A stretch of DNA of 63,455 nucleotides, counting the filler, from Dirinaria sp. TL-2023a (lineage: Eukaryota), in the NCBI GenBank assembly GCA_051941275.1. It is 17 parts of 17 records of this genome, joined end to end, with 100 filler letters (N's around TTAATTAATTAA, not from the genome) between each part and the next. Parts side by side here need not be neighbours in the genome. Positions count along the whole stretch, not along the records: positions 22,567 to 26,214 come from JAVEBF010001997.1; positions 26,315 to 29,959 come from JAVEBF010001998.1; positions 30,060 to 33,700 come from JAVEBF010001999.1; 14 more parts are not named here. The stretch is one strand, 5' to 3'. Both the position numbers and the translations under genes were made by a program. Below are positions 22,569 through 33,800 of the stretch, one piece after another. Under the pieces are notes generated by a model, which ran no database searches, had not been told where the DNA came from, and was given only the letters and a program-made list of their open reading frames with translations. Every line of letters starts with the position of its first letter. Position 1 is the stretch's first letter.

Positions 22569-22982
22569 CGCTGCATCATTCGCCAATGTGCATGGATCGC
22601 TCACGGGCCGGTAATATTTGAATGGGAGCACTGGGCTAGTGTCGCGAGGCAACAGAGCGGGAACACTTGTGGTGTCCATGTTATCCTCAATGCCTGGGCA
22701 GATATTCGCAAGCTGCGAGTCAATCCACTAGGCCGTCCTCGTCGGCGAGCGGAAGCGTTTTACTCGGAGGCCATGGCACTAATCAACAGGGCTATGGCTG
22801 GGGCAGTCAGCGTCAGGGAGATAGAGGTCTGGCTGTACCTCAAGGAGTACGTCGTTGGCTCCACTGTCGACAGAGCTCAGCAGGTACTCGGTGATGCCCA
22901 GCTCGAAGCAATGCTGCAAGCTAAAACCGCGCGGATGAACTACCAGCGGCTACGGGTATATCTCGAGGCCGAGCAATCGTGA
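22569..22982 (+). CDS. C-terminal fragment of a Ulp1/C48-like cysteine protease (5'-partial)
   Basis: The frame is open from the contig start: ..WASVARQQSGNTCGVHVILNAWA..AFYSEAMALINRAMAG. Q-x4-CG-hydrophobic resembles the CE-clan oxyanion Gln and catalytic Cys motif. Confidence 0.55.
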   Translation, partial: RCIIRQCAWIAHGPVIFEWEHWASVARQQSGNTCGVHVILNAWADIRKLRVNPLGRPRRRAEAFYSEAMALINRAMAGAVSVREIEVWLYLKEYVVGSTVDRAQQVLGDAQLEAMLQAKTARMNYQRLRVYLEAEQS

Positions 22983-24140
22983 CGGCTGCTGATGCCTTCC
23001 TTGCCAGCCAGGAAGCTATGTCGATTCTAAATGTGCCGGTGTCGTAGGGTTGACAGGCAACACGGACGGAATGAGAGCGTTTCTCGGCCAAAACGGCCAT
23101 CTTCACTTCATGATGCTCATAGGAGAACTGTCAAAGCAGTGACACGGATGAAAGTACTCCGTGGTCGAAATATGGTTGGTCGCGTCTGATTTGAGGACTT
23201 TATTGGGCGGTGATGGACGTAAGGAGGTTCGAAGATGATCCGCGTTGTTGGAGATGGTATAGTAATTTTGTAGTGTAGAGGAATATTTCTTGCCTAGCGC
23301 GGGACGCTGGATGTTCTCGAGAGGAAGGACTATCATTCACATATAGGAATCCGGTGTAGAGCGGAGTGACTAGAAATCCTTAAAATGATCAAGCTATTTA
23401 AAATGGATCCCACTGCCGCAACACCACCCTACGCTACTGGCACATCACTGTTCCCCACGAATTACTACTTATTCTGGGGTGATAATGCATCCGATCTCTT
23501 TCATGCTTCGAGCTTAAGATCTATCGATCTCTCTTGCTCTGACAGAGTACGAGTTTCAAGCAACGACGATTTCACGAGATGACGATGAACTGATTTTACC
23601 ACGAACGTGCCATCGTCAAATAGGCAAATCGTTAAAGCAGGTTGAAGATGTAAAAAAAATACTTGAGAGAGGCATTGATAGATGGAAAACAATAGGTAAG
23701 GAGGGCCGCGTGGACAGCAAAAGTGGAGGCAGTGTGTCAGCAAAGAACCTCAGGGTGGTGTTGTGGCAGTGTAATTGAGAAATCTTCAAGAGCCACTATA
23801 GGACTCAAAAATTCCACCATTCCAAGTGCAAAGCAAAAAGTCTGATTGATTTGCCGATCAACTGACACATTATTTCCTGGAATCCATGCAAATAAAGAGC
23901 CAATAGCGTGCTTGGTGAGAAGATCAATAAGAATGGGTTCGTGGCCTGCTCTACATAGTATTTTCGCTTGTGTGCGCTAAGACACGCTAGTGTCATTAGG
24001 GCTTGTGCCAAGTCACGTGGTTCGCACCCACAGAGGACTGCGTCTTCTTCTACTTCCTCTTTCTTTTCTCTTCTCTCTTCAGTACTCCGATTCGTTCAGA
24101 TATAACCACGGTTAGACCTTAAGAATTGTTCGACCTATCA

Positions 24141-24270
24141 CAGAGACCTTGATCACGGTCAAGTCTCGTCTTTATATTCTATAACAGAGATCTCGATCAC
24201 GATCAAGGCTCGCCTTTATATACTTCTATAGAGAGATCTTGGCCATCGTCAAGACCCGCTTTCGCATTCA
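24141..24270. repeat. Three imperfect ~45-bp tandem repeats, each with a hairpin core
   Basis: cagagaccttgatcacggtcaagtctcgtcttt (24141), cagagatctcgatcacgatcaaggctcgccttt (24185) and gagagatcttggccatcgtcaagacccgcttt (24231). Confidence 0.75.
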
Positions 24271-24362
24271 CTTGTAAACTCGTACATCGCTCTTTCCCCT
24301 TTTACTCTTTTCACTTCACTCTTCCCTCGCTCTTAGTCCTGTCATCTATTTTTGTCGATAGA

Positions 24363-25100
24363 ATGGCATCATCCAATCCTGCTCCTGCATTGTCTGCCTC
24401 TGGTGCGAAGAGAAGTGGCAACGCTACTGCTTCAAGACCCAAGAAGTATAAGATTATCAAATGCTTATTTGAGTTCACTCTGAAAGAAAGCGAGCAAAAC
24501 ATTAATCTCGTCTCGTCGAATGTCTGATCAACTCTCGAAATAGTCGACAAATATGACTAGGATGCAAATGTTGACTCGATCGTCTTCGAAAACACTGTCA
24601 CAATCACTCAAAAGAGAAGAGGCTGCAAATGCGTTCCGATTTTGTCTTCACATCAGTACACGGCCTTGGCTGTAGAGAAAGACTCGAGTCATACAAACTC
24701 AATCTGAGCTCAACTCAGATCTGACGACGAACGATCAATCAGTCTCAAAAATGACGAGACTGTCGCACGAGAGTTCTTTTTGATCAAACACAGCGGAAGC
24801 TGCAATCACATAAGACTCAGCATCTCAGGGGCACACATGAATCGATCCGACGAATCTATGTCTCACACTTAACAAGGCATACGGGATCACTTAAGAGTTA
24901 GTGCACGCCCCTGACTTCGCATTCACCACTTGTGGATATGCATTTTCGAACGCTCTAACGCAAGCAAAATTTCTCACTTGACAGTTTCTTCTCGGCAAAC
25001 AAAAGATCTTCAAAAGGGTTGATCAAGGTTCAGCCATCGTCTCGTCTGCTGCCGCGACTCAACCCCCTCACGCATCATCATCAGCAGAAGTAGAAACGAA
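24363..25100 (+). pseudogene. Hypermutated ORF remnant with a probable intron (~24897-24964)
   Basis: MASSNPAPALSASGAKRSGNATASRPKKYKIIKC.. continues in one frame through TGA 24525, TAG 24558, TGA 24705 and TAA 24870. The region is poor in CC/GG. Confidence 0.55.
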
Positions 25101-25882
25101 GAGGAAACGTGAGGAAGTAGTCGTGGACGAAGACAATGATTCGACTTTTCTCGAGACACAGATTCAATCTCTTCGACAGCGGGTGGATGACTTAGAAGAG
25201 GCTTGGATTCAGAAAAAGAAGGAAGAGGCTGATGCGCCCATCCAGCTTTCCTAAGGGCAAGACGAGAATTGGAGCATTTGATTGGTAAAAAGCCCCGTCG
25301 CAATGAATAGCAGATTTTGTTTACTGTTTCTGCTGTATCTCCTACATTTCCCCCTTTTAAAAACACCGAATAGACCTGCTCCCCATTTCCCAAAATCAAA
25401 ACACACGGCGTCGTTGTCGTGTATTGAGGTCCTTAAGCTGTGTATATCATGATTCAAATTCTTACCGGCTCCCACTGCCACTTCACCCCACTTCTTACTA
25501 GGTTTAATGAGATAGGATTGTTGGCTCGGAATCAAAATCTCTGAAAATTTTTTGACCTTTTTAACATTGAACGACTTGCTGATTTGACGATGGCGCTGTT
25601 ATGGTGATTCGGCCCATCGTCACTTCTTCATACCGTCTTTGCTTCAAGCTCGTACCCTGTCAGAGCAGAGAAAGGGATGCACTATCCTGTGGAATTGATA
25701 TAGTGAGAGGGTTGGCGCGCCAGTAGAATATGGTGGTGTGGTGCTATTTATATCATTTACATAAGTAGACTAGATTCATCAAGATTCAAGATCGACCATC
25801 ACAAGACAATAGGAAAAGCAACGAGGTTGCGGACGATACCCAAGAAGCGGTATTGCCCAACGGACTCCAAACCTTCCCCAGT

Positions 25883-26175
25883 TCAGTAGGCCTCCTTTGC
25901 AACCCCTTCAAGCGCTTTCACATACTCCGCTACTTCCTTTGCACCTTCGAGCGTAAAATCTCTTCTCTTCCCCTCGATGATAATATACGGCACGCTGTCA
26001 ACGCCATTGCTGGCTTGCTCACGGATCAGCATCCTAGTCTCTGCCAGCCCCTCGAACTCGTCGCTGATGAAGGCTTCGGCATCTTGTTGCGGTATGTTCG
26101 CATCGAGCGCTGCTTTCAGAAGCGTATCGTAGGAGGAAGGATGAGCCGCGGCGGTGAAGTATTGGGCGTAGAGTG
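25883..26175 (-). CDS. Last exon of a DsbA/FrnE-like thioredoxin-fold protein (5'-partial)
   Basis: After a CTAAC..CAG acceptor: ALYAQYFTAAAHPSSYDTLLKAA..MLIREQASNGVDSVPYIIIEGKRRDFTLEGAKEVAEYVKALE. GVxSVP matches the DsbA cis-Pro loop. Not in the ORF track. Confidence 0.8.
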
Positions 26176-26314
26176 CTGAGTCGGTTAGCCGCTTGATACG
26201 AAACTTGCGAAGAGNNNNNNNNNNNNNNNNNNNNNNNNNNNNNNNNNNNNNNNNNNNNTTAATTAATTAANNNNNNNNNNNNNNNNNNNNNNNNNNNNNN
26301 NNNNNNNNNNNNNN

Positions 26315-27241
26315 CGGGTCATCTTTAGGGGAGGTTGTGACCGACGACATCCTTGGTCGGTTGTTAGACGTAGGAGCTTCGTTAAGGGATGAATTCCGCG
26401 AGGTAATCTCATCTTTGAGAGGTGACGCTGCTCGTTGATAGCTATTTACTTGTGATGCGCTGAATGTTGCTTGATGCGGCGACCTACCTATGGCTGTAGA
26501 GGCACGGTTCCACGGCGGAGAGGCGGCTTCTGAGGAGCTGTTTGCTCGGAAAAATTTTGGCCTTTTATCCTCCAAGGGCGGGCTAGTACTCAATGATGTC
26601 CTGCTTCCGTCGTCATCGTTATGGCCATCTTGAGTGTACCCCGAGAAGACGGTTCGGAGAGCAGGGCGCTGGTCTGGTCTGGAGGGGACCCTTGGTTTCG
26701 CCTCGTCGGCACGGAAAAATCCTAGGGAACTGTCTGGACTTGCCACCCTTGATTCAGCAGGACCTGACTGAACGGACAATGGCCGAGAATATATTTTTCG
26801 ACTCGGAACATCGCTCGAAATGCTTTGCGCCCGCTTGGTTCGTCCATCCACACCTTGTATGCCCAGGACTGCCATGCCATCTTCTCTCCCTGCAAGTCCA
26901 TCGTCCCATCTCTCGATCATGGATACCGGGCGCGCACTTTTCGGAGTGCCATTGGGCGTCCCATTGGGTGTTGGAGAGGCACTGTTCAATCTGGCTTTCC
27001 TCGAGCTCGACCTAGGAGTAATGTTGGAATTCAAGAAAGCTTTGACCGGTGTTGACACTTCTTCCTCCGATTGCCCGTTCGGCGTCCTCGTTCCATTCGC
27101 TTTTGGGGCCTTTGGAACAATGGAAGAGGTATTTAATGCTGGCGATCTAGCAGCTCGTGGGAGTGGAGTACCTCCGCCAGCTAATCTGGGATTCGCGACG
27201 GACTTTGCATTTGCGGTCGATTGTTTATCGAAAGCCATCAT
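26315..27241 (-). CDS. Ser/Pro-rich hypothetical fungal protein (3'-partial)
   Basis: More than 300 open codons containing STPVKAFLNSNITPRSSSRKAR. Runs into the linker and is divergent from polymerase kappa. Confidence 0.7.
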
Positions 27242-27789
27242 TACAACTTCCTCCTAGTTGGGATTTTCAGAACAGACCGGAGCTGCGGGTAGCGCATCTT
27301 CATCTTGTACGTCTTGCGATGGCCTCGGTCCAAGGGATTGTAGGTATCGGGAAAAGCTTGTTCATTTCGAGAGTGGCACTCGGGCAATAGTAGGGATGGA
27401 GGTGTTGAGATCATCAAATAGCACTAAACATATAATCGGTCTCCGATTGGTTGCTTTCGCCCGCTTGCGACCGCATTCGCCAAACAAGCGCGACGATGAT
27501 AGGGCTGAATGCCAAGCACTCACGGTCACATGATCGCGAACGACCTCGGATCGTGAACCCGTTTGAGATACTTGTGATAAGGTCACGGCAGCAATGCAAG
27601 ACACGTTGGCAAATCCGAATTTGCAGAAGGTTTTGGAAATGTAACGTCAAGAAGTCTACTCCGTTATGACACTTTTCAGCAGGACATGACCTGAAAGTCG
27701 GTTAAGGATTGGAATATGGAACGCGTTGCACGCGTAGCTGTCAGTTTTTGGATATCAACGTTGAAGAATGAATTCTCCCTATCATCATC

Positions 27790-29739
27790 ATGACCCAAGA
27801 TGCGAAACCGCATTCTAATCCTGAGGATGCTGCCATAACCGCAGCCATCGAGAAGGCTAAAGCTGCCGAACATGATACCCTCAAATACCATCTTCTGGGC
27901 CCCTCCCTGACGAAAGCAGGCCAAGACTCAGTAGACCAGCAGAAAGTTTCCGAGATCATCTACAATGCGTCCAAGGGTTCGAAGTTCTTCGACAACGAAG
28001 AACACAAGGACAAGAACCTCACCCAGAAAATCGAGAAAATCTTAGCGCGCAAGAAGCAGCTGGAGAAGACCGATCTGGCGTCTGATTTACGCCGGGCAGA
28101 AGAGTACATTGCTACGCTGGAACTGTCTCGGGACCTTTCCCAGACGGTGGTGCATATTGATTGCGACGCATTCTATGCTGCAGTCGAAGAGCTCGACCGG
28201 CCGGAGCTTAAAGACGTACCCATGGCGGTAGGCAAGGGTGTCCTGACTACTTGCAATTACCATGCAAGGAAATTTGGGTGTCGAAGCGGAATGGCCGGCT
28301 TCGTGGCAATGAAGCTGTGCCCGCATCTCATCTGCCTGCCCCTCAATTTCGAGAAGTATACGGCCAAAGCGCAAGAAGTACGAGCTATCCTAGCAGACTA
28401 CGACCCTCGCTTCGAGAGCGCCAGTATCGACGAGGCGTATCTCAACATCACTGACTATTGCGAAGAGCATCAGATCGATCCCGAAGAAGCTGTGGTACAG
28501 CTTCGCAGCCAAGTGGCCGAGCAGACCAAAATCACGATTTCCGCCGGCATAGCAGCGAATGCGAAAATCGCGAAAATAGCTTCCAACAGGAACAAACCAA
28601 ACGGGCAATTCCGAGTCGCGAATGATAGAGCCACCATTCTGGCTTTCATGCGCGACTTGCCAACCCGCAAAGTCAACGGCATAGGCCGCGTCTTCGAGCG
28701 CGAGCTCGACGCTATCGGCGTCAAAACTTGCGGCGATATCTATGCGCAGCGTGCATACCTCTCGAAGCTTTTTGGGCACAAAGCATTCCAATTCTTGATG
28801 CAATGTTACCTTGGCTTGGGACGGACCAATGTCCAACCCGCCGAGGAGCACGAGCGGAAGAGCGTAGGAACCGAAAGCACCTTCCGGGACATGAGCGACC
28901 GGCACGAGTTGCGTGCGAAACTGCGCTGGATCGCCGAAGAGTTGGAGAAAGACCTTGCGCGAACTCAGTTCAAAGGCCGGACGCTGGTGCTCAAAATCAA
29001 ACTCCACACCTACGAGGTCCTGACGCGGCAGGTCGTGGTCCCCAAAGCCGTCAGCTCGGCCGATGATTTGTATACCTACGCCTTACCCATGATGTCGAAG
29101 CTCGAGCGCGAAATTCCCGGCATGAAGCTCCGGCTCATGGGCCTGCGGTGCACGCATCTGGTGAGCACGAAGAAAGGCGGCGACGTCGATTTCTTCGGCG
29201 TGAGACGGCTCGAAAGTCACAGTACGGGGAGCGCTGCTTTAAAGCGCGCGAACACAGACGACGAAGGGTGGGAGATCTGGCCGGAAGAAGCAGAGTTCGA
29301 AGCGGCCGCCCTGGAACAGGAGCAGCAAGACGAGATAGAGAGTAACGAAGAACAACCGTATCAACAAGACACCCCAACCAAAGCAGAAGCAAAAGAAGAA
29401 GATCAAGAAGAAATAAACATCGAAGACCGCAACCGCCGCCTCAAACACGGCCGCGAAATCCGTCCCAACCCGGCCCCCTCCTCATCATCACCCGCCTCTT
29501 CGAAACCAAAGAAGGACGAGCCGAAAGAAGAGGCGTCGTGGCCATGCCCTATCTGCGGCCTCCCGCAGGCAGCCCAGGACCAAGCATTCAATACCCATAT
29601 CGACTTCTGTCTCTCGCGGCAGACGATCAAAGATGTGGCTCGGGGCGATACTACTTCCTCCGCGCCAATGAAGCGGAAGGTGAGTGCAACGGGCAAGGAG
29701 AAGGAGGGTGGGAGGAAGAAATTGTTTTTTGGGAGGTGA
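27790..29739 (+). CDS. POLK: DNA polymerase kappa (Y-family, DinB-like)
   Basis: VHIDCDAFYAAVE, TCNYHARKFGCRSGM, ASIDEAYLN, ISAGIAANAKIAKIASNRNKPNGQ and ERKSVGTESTF motifs, plus a C-terminal UBZ (CPICG..NTHIDFCL). Confidence 0.96.
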   Translation: MTQDAKPHSNPEDAAITAAIEKAKAAEHDTLKYHLLGPSLTKAGQDSVDQQKVSEIIYNASKGSKFFDNEEHKDKNLTQKIEKILARKKQLEKTDLASDLRRAEEYIATLELSRDLSQTVVHIDCDAFYAAVEELDRPELKDVPMAVGKGVLTTCNYHARKFGCRSGMAGFVAMKLCPHLICLPLNFEKYTAKAQEVRAILADYDPRFESASIDEAYLNITDYCEEHQIDPEEAVVQLRSQVAEQTKITISAGIAANAKIAKIASNRNKPNGQFRVANDRATILAFMRDLPTRKVNGIGRVFERELDAIGVKTCGDIYAQRAYLSKLFGHKAFQFLMQCYLGLGRTNVQPAEEHERKSVGTESTFRDMSDRHELRAKLRWIAEELEKDLARTQFKGRTLVLKIKLHTYEVLTRQVVVPKAVSSADDLYTYALPMMSKLEREIPGMKLRLMGLRCTHLVSTKKGGDVDFFGVRRLESHSTGSAALKRANTDDEGWEIWPEEAEFEAAALEQEQQDEIESNEEQPYQQDTPTKAEAKEEDQEEINIEDRNRRLKHGREIRPNPAPSSSSPASSKPKKDEPKEEASWPCPICGLPQAAQDQAFNTHIDFCLSRQTIKDVARGDTTSSAPMKRKVSATGKEKEGGRKKLFFGR

Positions 29740-30061
29740 AAATAAAAAAAATAGAGGGGAAAAGGGATGATGCAATGACCAAAGGTGTCCAAAATACTGT
29801 ATATGCCAAGCAACTACAGTACATATTCAAAGTACGAGTTTACGAGGTCCCTTTTTTCTTTGCCTTTCTTTTCTTTCAGCATAGCAGAGAGGAGGAAATT
29901 TCGGAGTATAGGATAGGGAGTAAGACAAATATGCATTAATTAATGTAGATAGATAACTANNNNNNNNNNNNNNNNNNNNNNNNNNNNNNNNNNNNNNNNN
30001 NNNTTAATTAATTAANNNNNNNNNNNNNNNNNNNNNNNNNNNNNNNNNNNNNNNNNNNNGG

Positions 30062-31549
30062 TATGCGCGGGAGATTGAGGTTGCTTCGCAAGGGTATTTT
30101 GAGGAAGGGGGAAAGTTGGAGGGGTGTGGGGTTTTGTTTGGGTATCAGTCTTTGGTCCGGGTTCGGGATGTGATTACGCAAGAAGTTGATGGTCGGTTGG
30201 TTCAGACCATCGTCCTTGCTCCGACTGATGGCGTGCTGCCGGAGGGAATCAATCTTTGGATGTTTGCGTGGAACCCTGCGAAACCCGGTGAAGTCGTTTT
30301 TGCGAATGCTTTCATGGGCAGCAGCCCCGTGTGTCTTGCCACCGCCTTCATCAACACGGAGATGGAGCAGGATCTGCTGCGCACCATGTGGCGGACTGTG
30401 GGGCACGCTCAGAAGGCGCAGAAGGCCGGTATACCTCTCGAAGACTGGCTTGCGAAGGAGGACCCGGCGATACTCAGGCGAAGACGCGTCTACCAAGGTT
30501 TTGAATTCTTCCCGCAGCGTGCGGATGAGATGCGGAAGTACGCTGTGGTTAGCAACCTGGTGGTCAATCCAGATGTTCCGGTCAAATGTTTTGTCGACAC
30601 TTTCGAGAGTAGCGGGGACAGATTCGGACGGCTGCTTGTTGATGGCGAATTCATCAATAATCTTCCCAACGCAAATGAGCCCCCTGGATTTTCAGTCAAT
30701 GGAGAACCGATCACTGCAGACAATTTTCTGTTCCTTCGCAAGTGGGACGGGATATCAGGGTCTTCCTTGGATCGGCTTTCATCTGCGGAGCTTGCATTGG
30801 TCGAAGATCGACTCAAATCACACTGCGGCAGGAAAGTCGTGGAAGAGACTGTAGGCAGGGTCCTAAAAATGCTGGATCCTCTGTACGATTCACAGGTGGA
30901 TGTCAGCCAGGTAGACAGTTACGAACACAAGTACAACTCTGTTGAGAGCACGACTACCTTGAACCTGGTCGCAAAGGACATTCTGTGCAATCTCCTTCTA
31001 AAAGATTATCTCGACAATGTCGCGCGTGAGCTCAACAGTCATTTTCCGAGATATGGTCCTCTTGATATGCGGATCGTCGTCACAAGGGTGGCTACCCATG
31101 CCATATTTCTCCCGCTCATGCGGCCTCGTGGTCTTCTGGCTCAATGCGGGTACCAGAGAATCAGAAATCTGTGCATGCCGGTCTTCACGAAGATCGCAAA
31201 TAACCAGCCATTGGACCCGCAGCTGAAGGACTTGGAGGAAACCAAATCGTACACTCTCGAACGAATCGAGGGGATACGGAACAAGATCCAAAAAGACGAG
31301 AAGACTGATCCGGTGCAATCAGAACATCAGAAGAACCTAAAAGCTGCAGAGAAGACTCTGGAAATGATCACTAGAAAGCAAAGCGGTTTGGAAACCGTTG
31401 AGAGGGAGTTGGACGACCCAGATAGCGTTTTCGAGGAGCAAAGACGGTCAGAGAGCGAGGTCAAAGAACAAGTAATCGAAGAGCTGACGACATATGACCT
31501 GGCAAGATTGAAAGACTGGGAGACGGAGGCGGCCAAGGTTGCTAGTTAG
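30062..31549 (+). CDS. Hypothetical protein with a coiled-coil C-terminus (5'-partial)
   Basis: The frame is open from the contig start for about 495 codons. No family recognised. Confidence 0.75.
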   Translation, partial: YAREIEVASQGYFEEGGKLEGCGVLFGYQSLVRVRDVITQEVDGRLVQTIVLAPTDGVLPEGINLWMFAWNPAKPGEVVFANAFMGSSPVCLATAFINTEMEQDLLRTMWRTVGHAQKAQKAGIPLEDWLAKEDPAILRRRRVYQGFEFFPQRADEMRKYAVVSNLVVNPDVPVKCFVDTFESSGDRFGRLLVDGEFINNLPNANEPPGFSVNGEPITADNFLFLRKWDGISGSSLDRLSSAELALVEDRLKSHCGRKVVEETVGRVLKMLDPLYDSQVDVSQVDSYEHKYNSVESTTTLNLVAKDILCNLLLKDYLDNVARELNSHFPRYGPLDMRIVVTRVATHAIFLPLMRPRGLLAQCGYQRIRNLCMPVFTKIANNQPLDPQLKDLEETKSYTLERIEGIRNKIQKDEKTDPVQSEHQKNLKAAEKTLEMITRKQSGLETVERELDDPDSVFEEQRRSESEVKEQVIEELTTYDLARLKDWETEAAKVAS

Positions 31550-32569
31550 GATCGAAAATCTTCACACAAGACACTCATGTACCACTTTCCATCTCGAATT
31601 CTTCGAATTCATCAAAAGTTTCGCACAGTGCCAGCCAAGAAGATCATGACCAGTCTGTCCGGAATTGCCAGAAGCAGTATCGACCCAATGGCACAAGCTG
31701 TAATCGCTAATAGGAAAACGCAAAGAGTATCACCAAAGTGCTTTCGATGACCCCCTTGAGACCAGCAGTGTCGCTAAACACAATCGCGTGTATCCGATTC
31801 GGGCCTCGCTAGCGCCAGATGCGGCTCCATGCAAGCAATCTCTGCATTGAAAATACTGCCTCTAGTGTCAACAAGTATCTGTTCTTATGCGACTGCTACC
31901 TCAAATTTCTGGAGGTAAGCATACGAGTGCTTCCGCTATGCGATATCGAATGCGATACGGGATTGACGAGAATTCTCTACTCGGCGCCTGCACCCTAGAG
32001 ACTGGTCCTCCTTTAGGGACTTCTAGGCTGCGGGCGCCGAGTACATGCTTAAGTCTCCTACACAGTGTCCAAAGCACTGCTTACTGCCTTACAGATTTTT
32101 ATTCTTGCCCGTCGTGGAATAGCATATCGAGAAGATTCAAAGAATGAGTCGATATAACAGCGGTGTTATATCAGCTGACTTACATAGATGCGATCACATG
32201 TTTATAGAGACACATGAGATGACGGTGACATCAATGATCTCAATGAACTTTGAAATACTCGAGATCATGTAGCTACATAAAGTATGTAGGTACCTCGGTA
32301 CTCGTGATTAAGACGGACCGAGGGACCGAGGGACCGAGGGTTAGAGCCTTAAGTAGAGGACTTCTTGTGCCGCCAAGAGTTTCTGGAGGTAAGGTTCCCC
32401 TGCAGCCCTAAGGCTAGCGCCGATTCGCGTCCGCGCCTTCTTTTCGCGATTTGACTTCTTCCACCAAATCCCTCTTTTACCCCCATGTCAAAGCCAGCGT
32501 CTTTGAATTGACCAAAGTTTTCCCCGTTTCTAAGGTTTCAGTCGCTCCTCTATCTCTCCTCTGAATACC

Positions 32570-33056
32570 ATGGCCGACGGAGAACAACTCAATGCTACCG
32601 CAGGCGGCACAGAAACTACCGCCAACCAATCCGCTCCTGCGCAAACCGTCGCAGCAGGAAAGGGCAAGGAGAAGGCACCACCGCCAACAGATGTGAGCAT
32701 GGATGAGGACGATGAGGATTCTGAGGAGGAAGAAAGTGGTGCTGAAGGGGCGGTGCGTCTCTCTCAATCTTTGCGCTGACTCGATGTAGCTGATCGGACT
32801 ACAGGAACCAGAAGGTAGGGCGAAGCATCTGACTTAGGAATCAGATAAAGATGCTGATGTCTATTTTAATCGAATAGTCGAAGAGGATGACGAGGACAAC
32901 ATGGAAGAAATCGACAGCGGCAATATCGTCGGCAGCCGTACGCGCAGGAAGGCGATCGATTTCGTGAAAGCCAACGAGGCAGACGATTTGCCCGAGTCGG
33001 ATGAAGACGATGAGGATTTCGAGGAAGACGATGACGAGGATGCGATGCAGCAATAG
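32570..33056 (+). CDS. CHZ1: Histone H2A.Z chaperone Chz1; exons 32570-32752, 32805-32814, 32878-33056
   Basis: Acidic protein with the CHZ motif MEEIDSGNIVGSRTRRKAIDF. Canonical splice sites keep the frame. Confidence 0.88.
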
Positions 33057-33800
33057 GCCATGCGCCGACCGCAGCCTGGGCCCAAGCTACTTTTCCTTCA
33101 ATTCCTACGTTACTGACTGGTGGCTGCCATTGGCTCCTTGACTCTTAGGTCGACGCCCTAGATTACCGGTGGCTGAAAGGACACAAGGTCGACCGGTTCA
33201 AGCATATACCAAAGCAAGATTACAAAAGTAGAATGAATATACTTGGTGCGCTGGTTGGCGGTGGCACTCCAAGTTTAAGTACAGACGGGATGCTCTAGAT
33301 CGCAGGGTTGCAATTACTGTGCCAACCTACATATGTACTCTTAAAAGTCTTGCTCATGCTTCTCATTCACAATAAGTAAATGACCCAACAATATTGTGAA
33401 GGACCCATCAGTAGTGAAATCGTTTCATTCTTCGCATTTTCCAGTTTCAAAGGAAGTCGCCCGAAAAGGGAAATCCCTCCCGCAAATTCCGCGCAATCTC
33501 CATTTTATCCAACGACCACCAAAGGAATCCTTTCATCATGACGCACACTGCCAACTCCCCACCACATGCTCCACCTTCGCGAACAATACTCTAATACCTT
33601 CCTCCCTGACTCCATAACCACCATAACCTCCACCCAACCCACGCCTTTCCCAGAAAACAAGAAAACCCCTTAGAACCATCAAAAGAAGCCACCTCACCCC
33701 NNNNNNNNNNNNNNNNNNNNNNNNNNNNNNNNNNNNNNNNNNNNTTAATTAATTAANNNNNNNNNNNNNNNNNNNNNNNNNNNNNNNNNNNNNNNNNNNN

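Noticed and set aside
24141..24270. CRISPR-like repeat-spacer array
   Set aside because: Only three degenerate units, with short, mutually similar AT-rich spacers, in a fungal context with no cas genes.
26215..26314. Joining the minus-strand ORF 27241-26315 to the minus-strand exon 26175-25883 as one gene
   Set aside because: They are on different contigs separated by a linker, and the downstream exon is DsbA-like and unrelated.
27790..29739. Polymerase kappa as the cause of the CC->TC mutations
   Set aside because: It is a normal fungal housekeeping gene with no physical or mechanistic link visible; the changes are confined to repeat-like DNA.
32315..32340. (GGACCGAG)x3 upstream of CHZ1
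   Set aside because: Short microsatellite-like run with no evidence of function.
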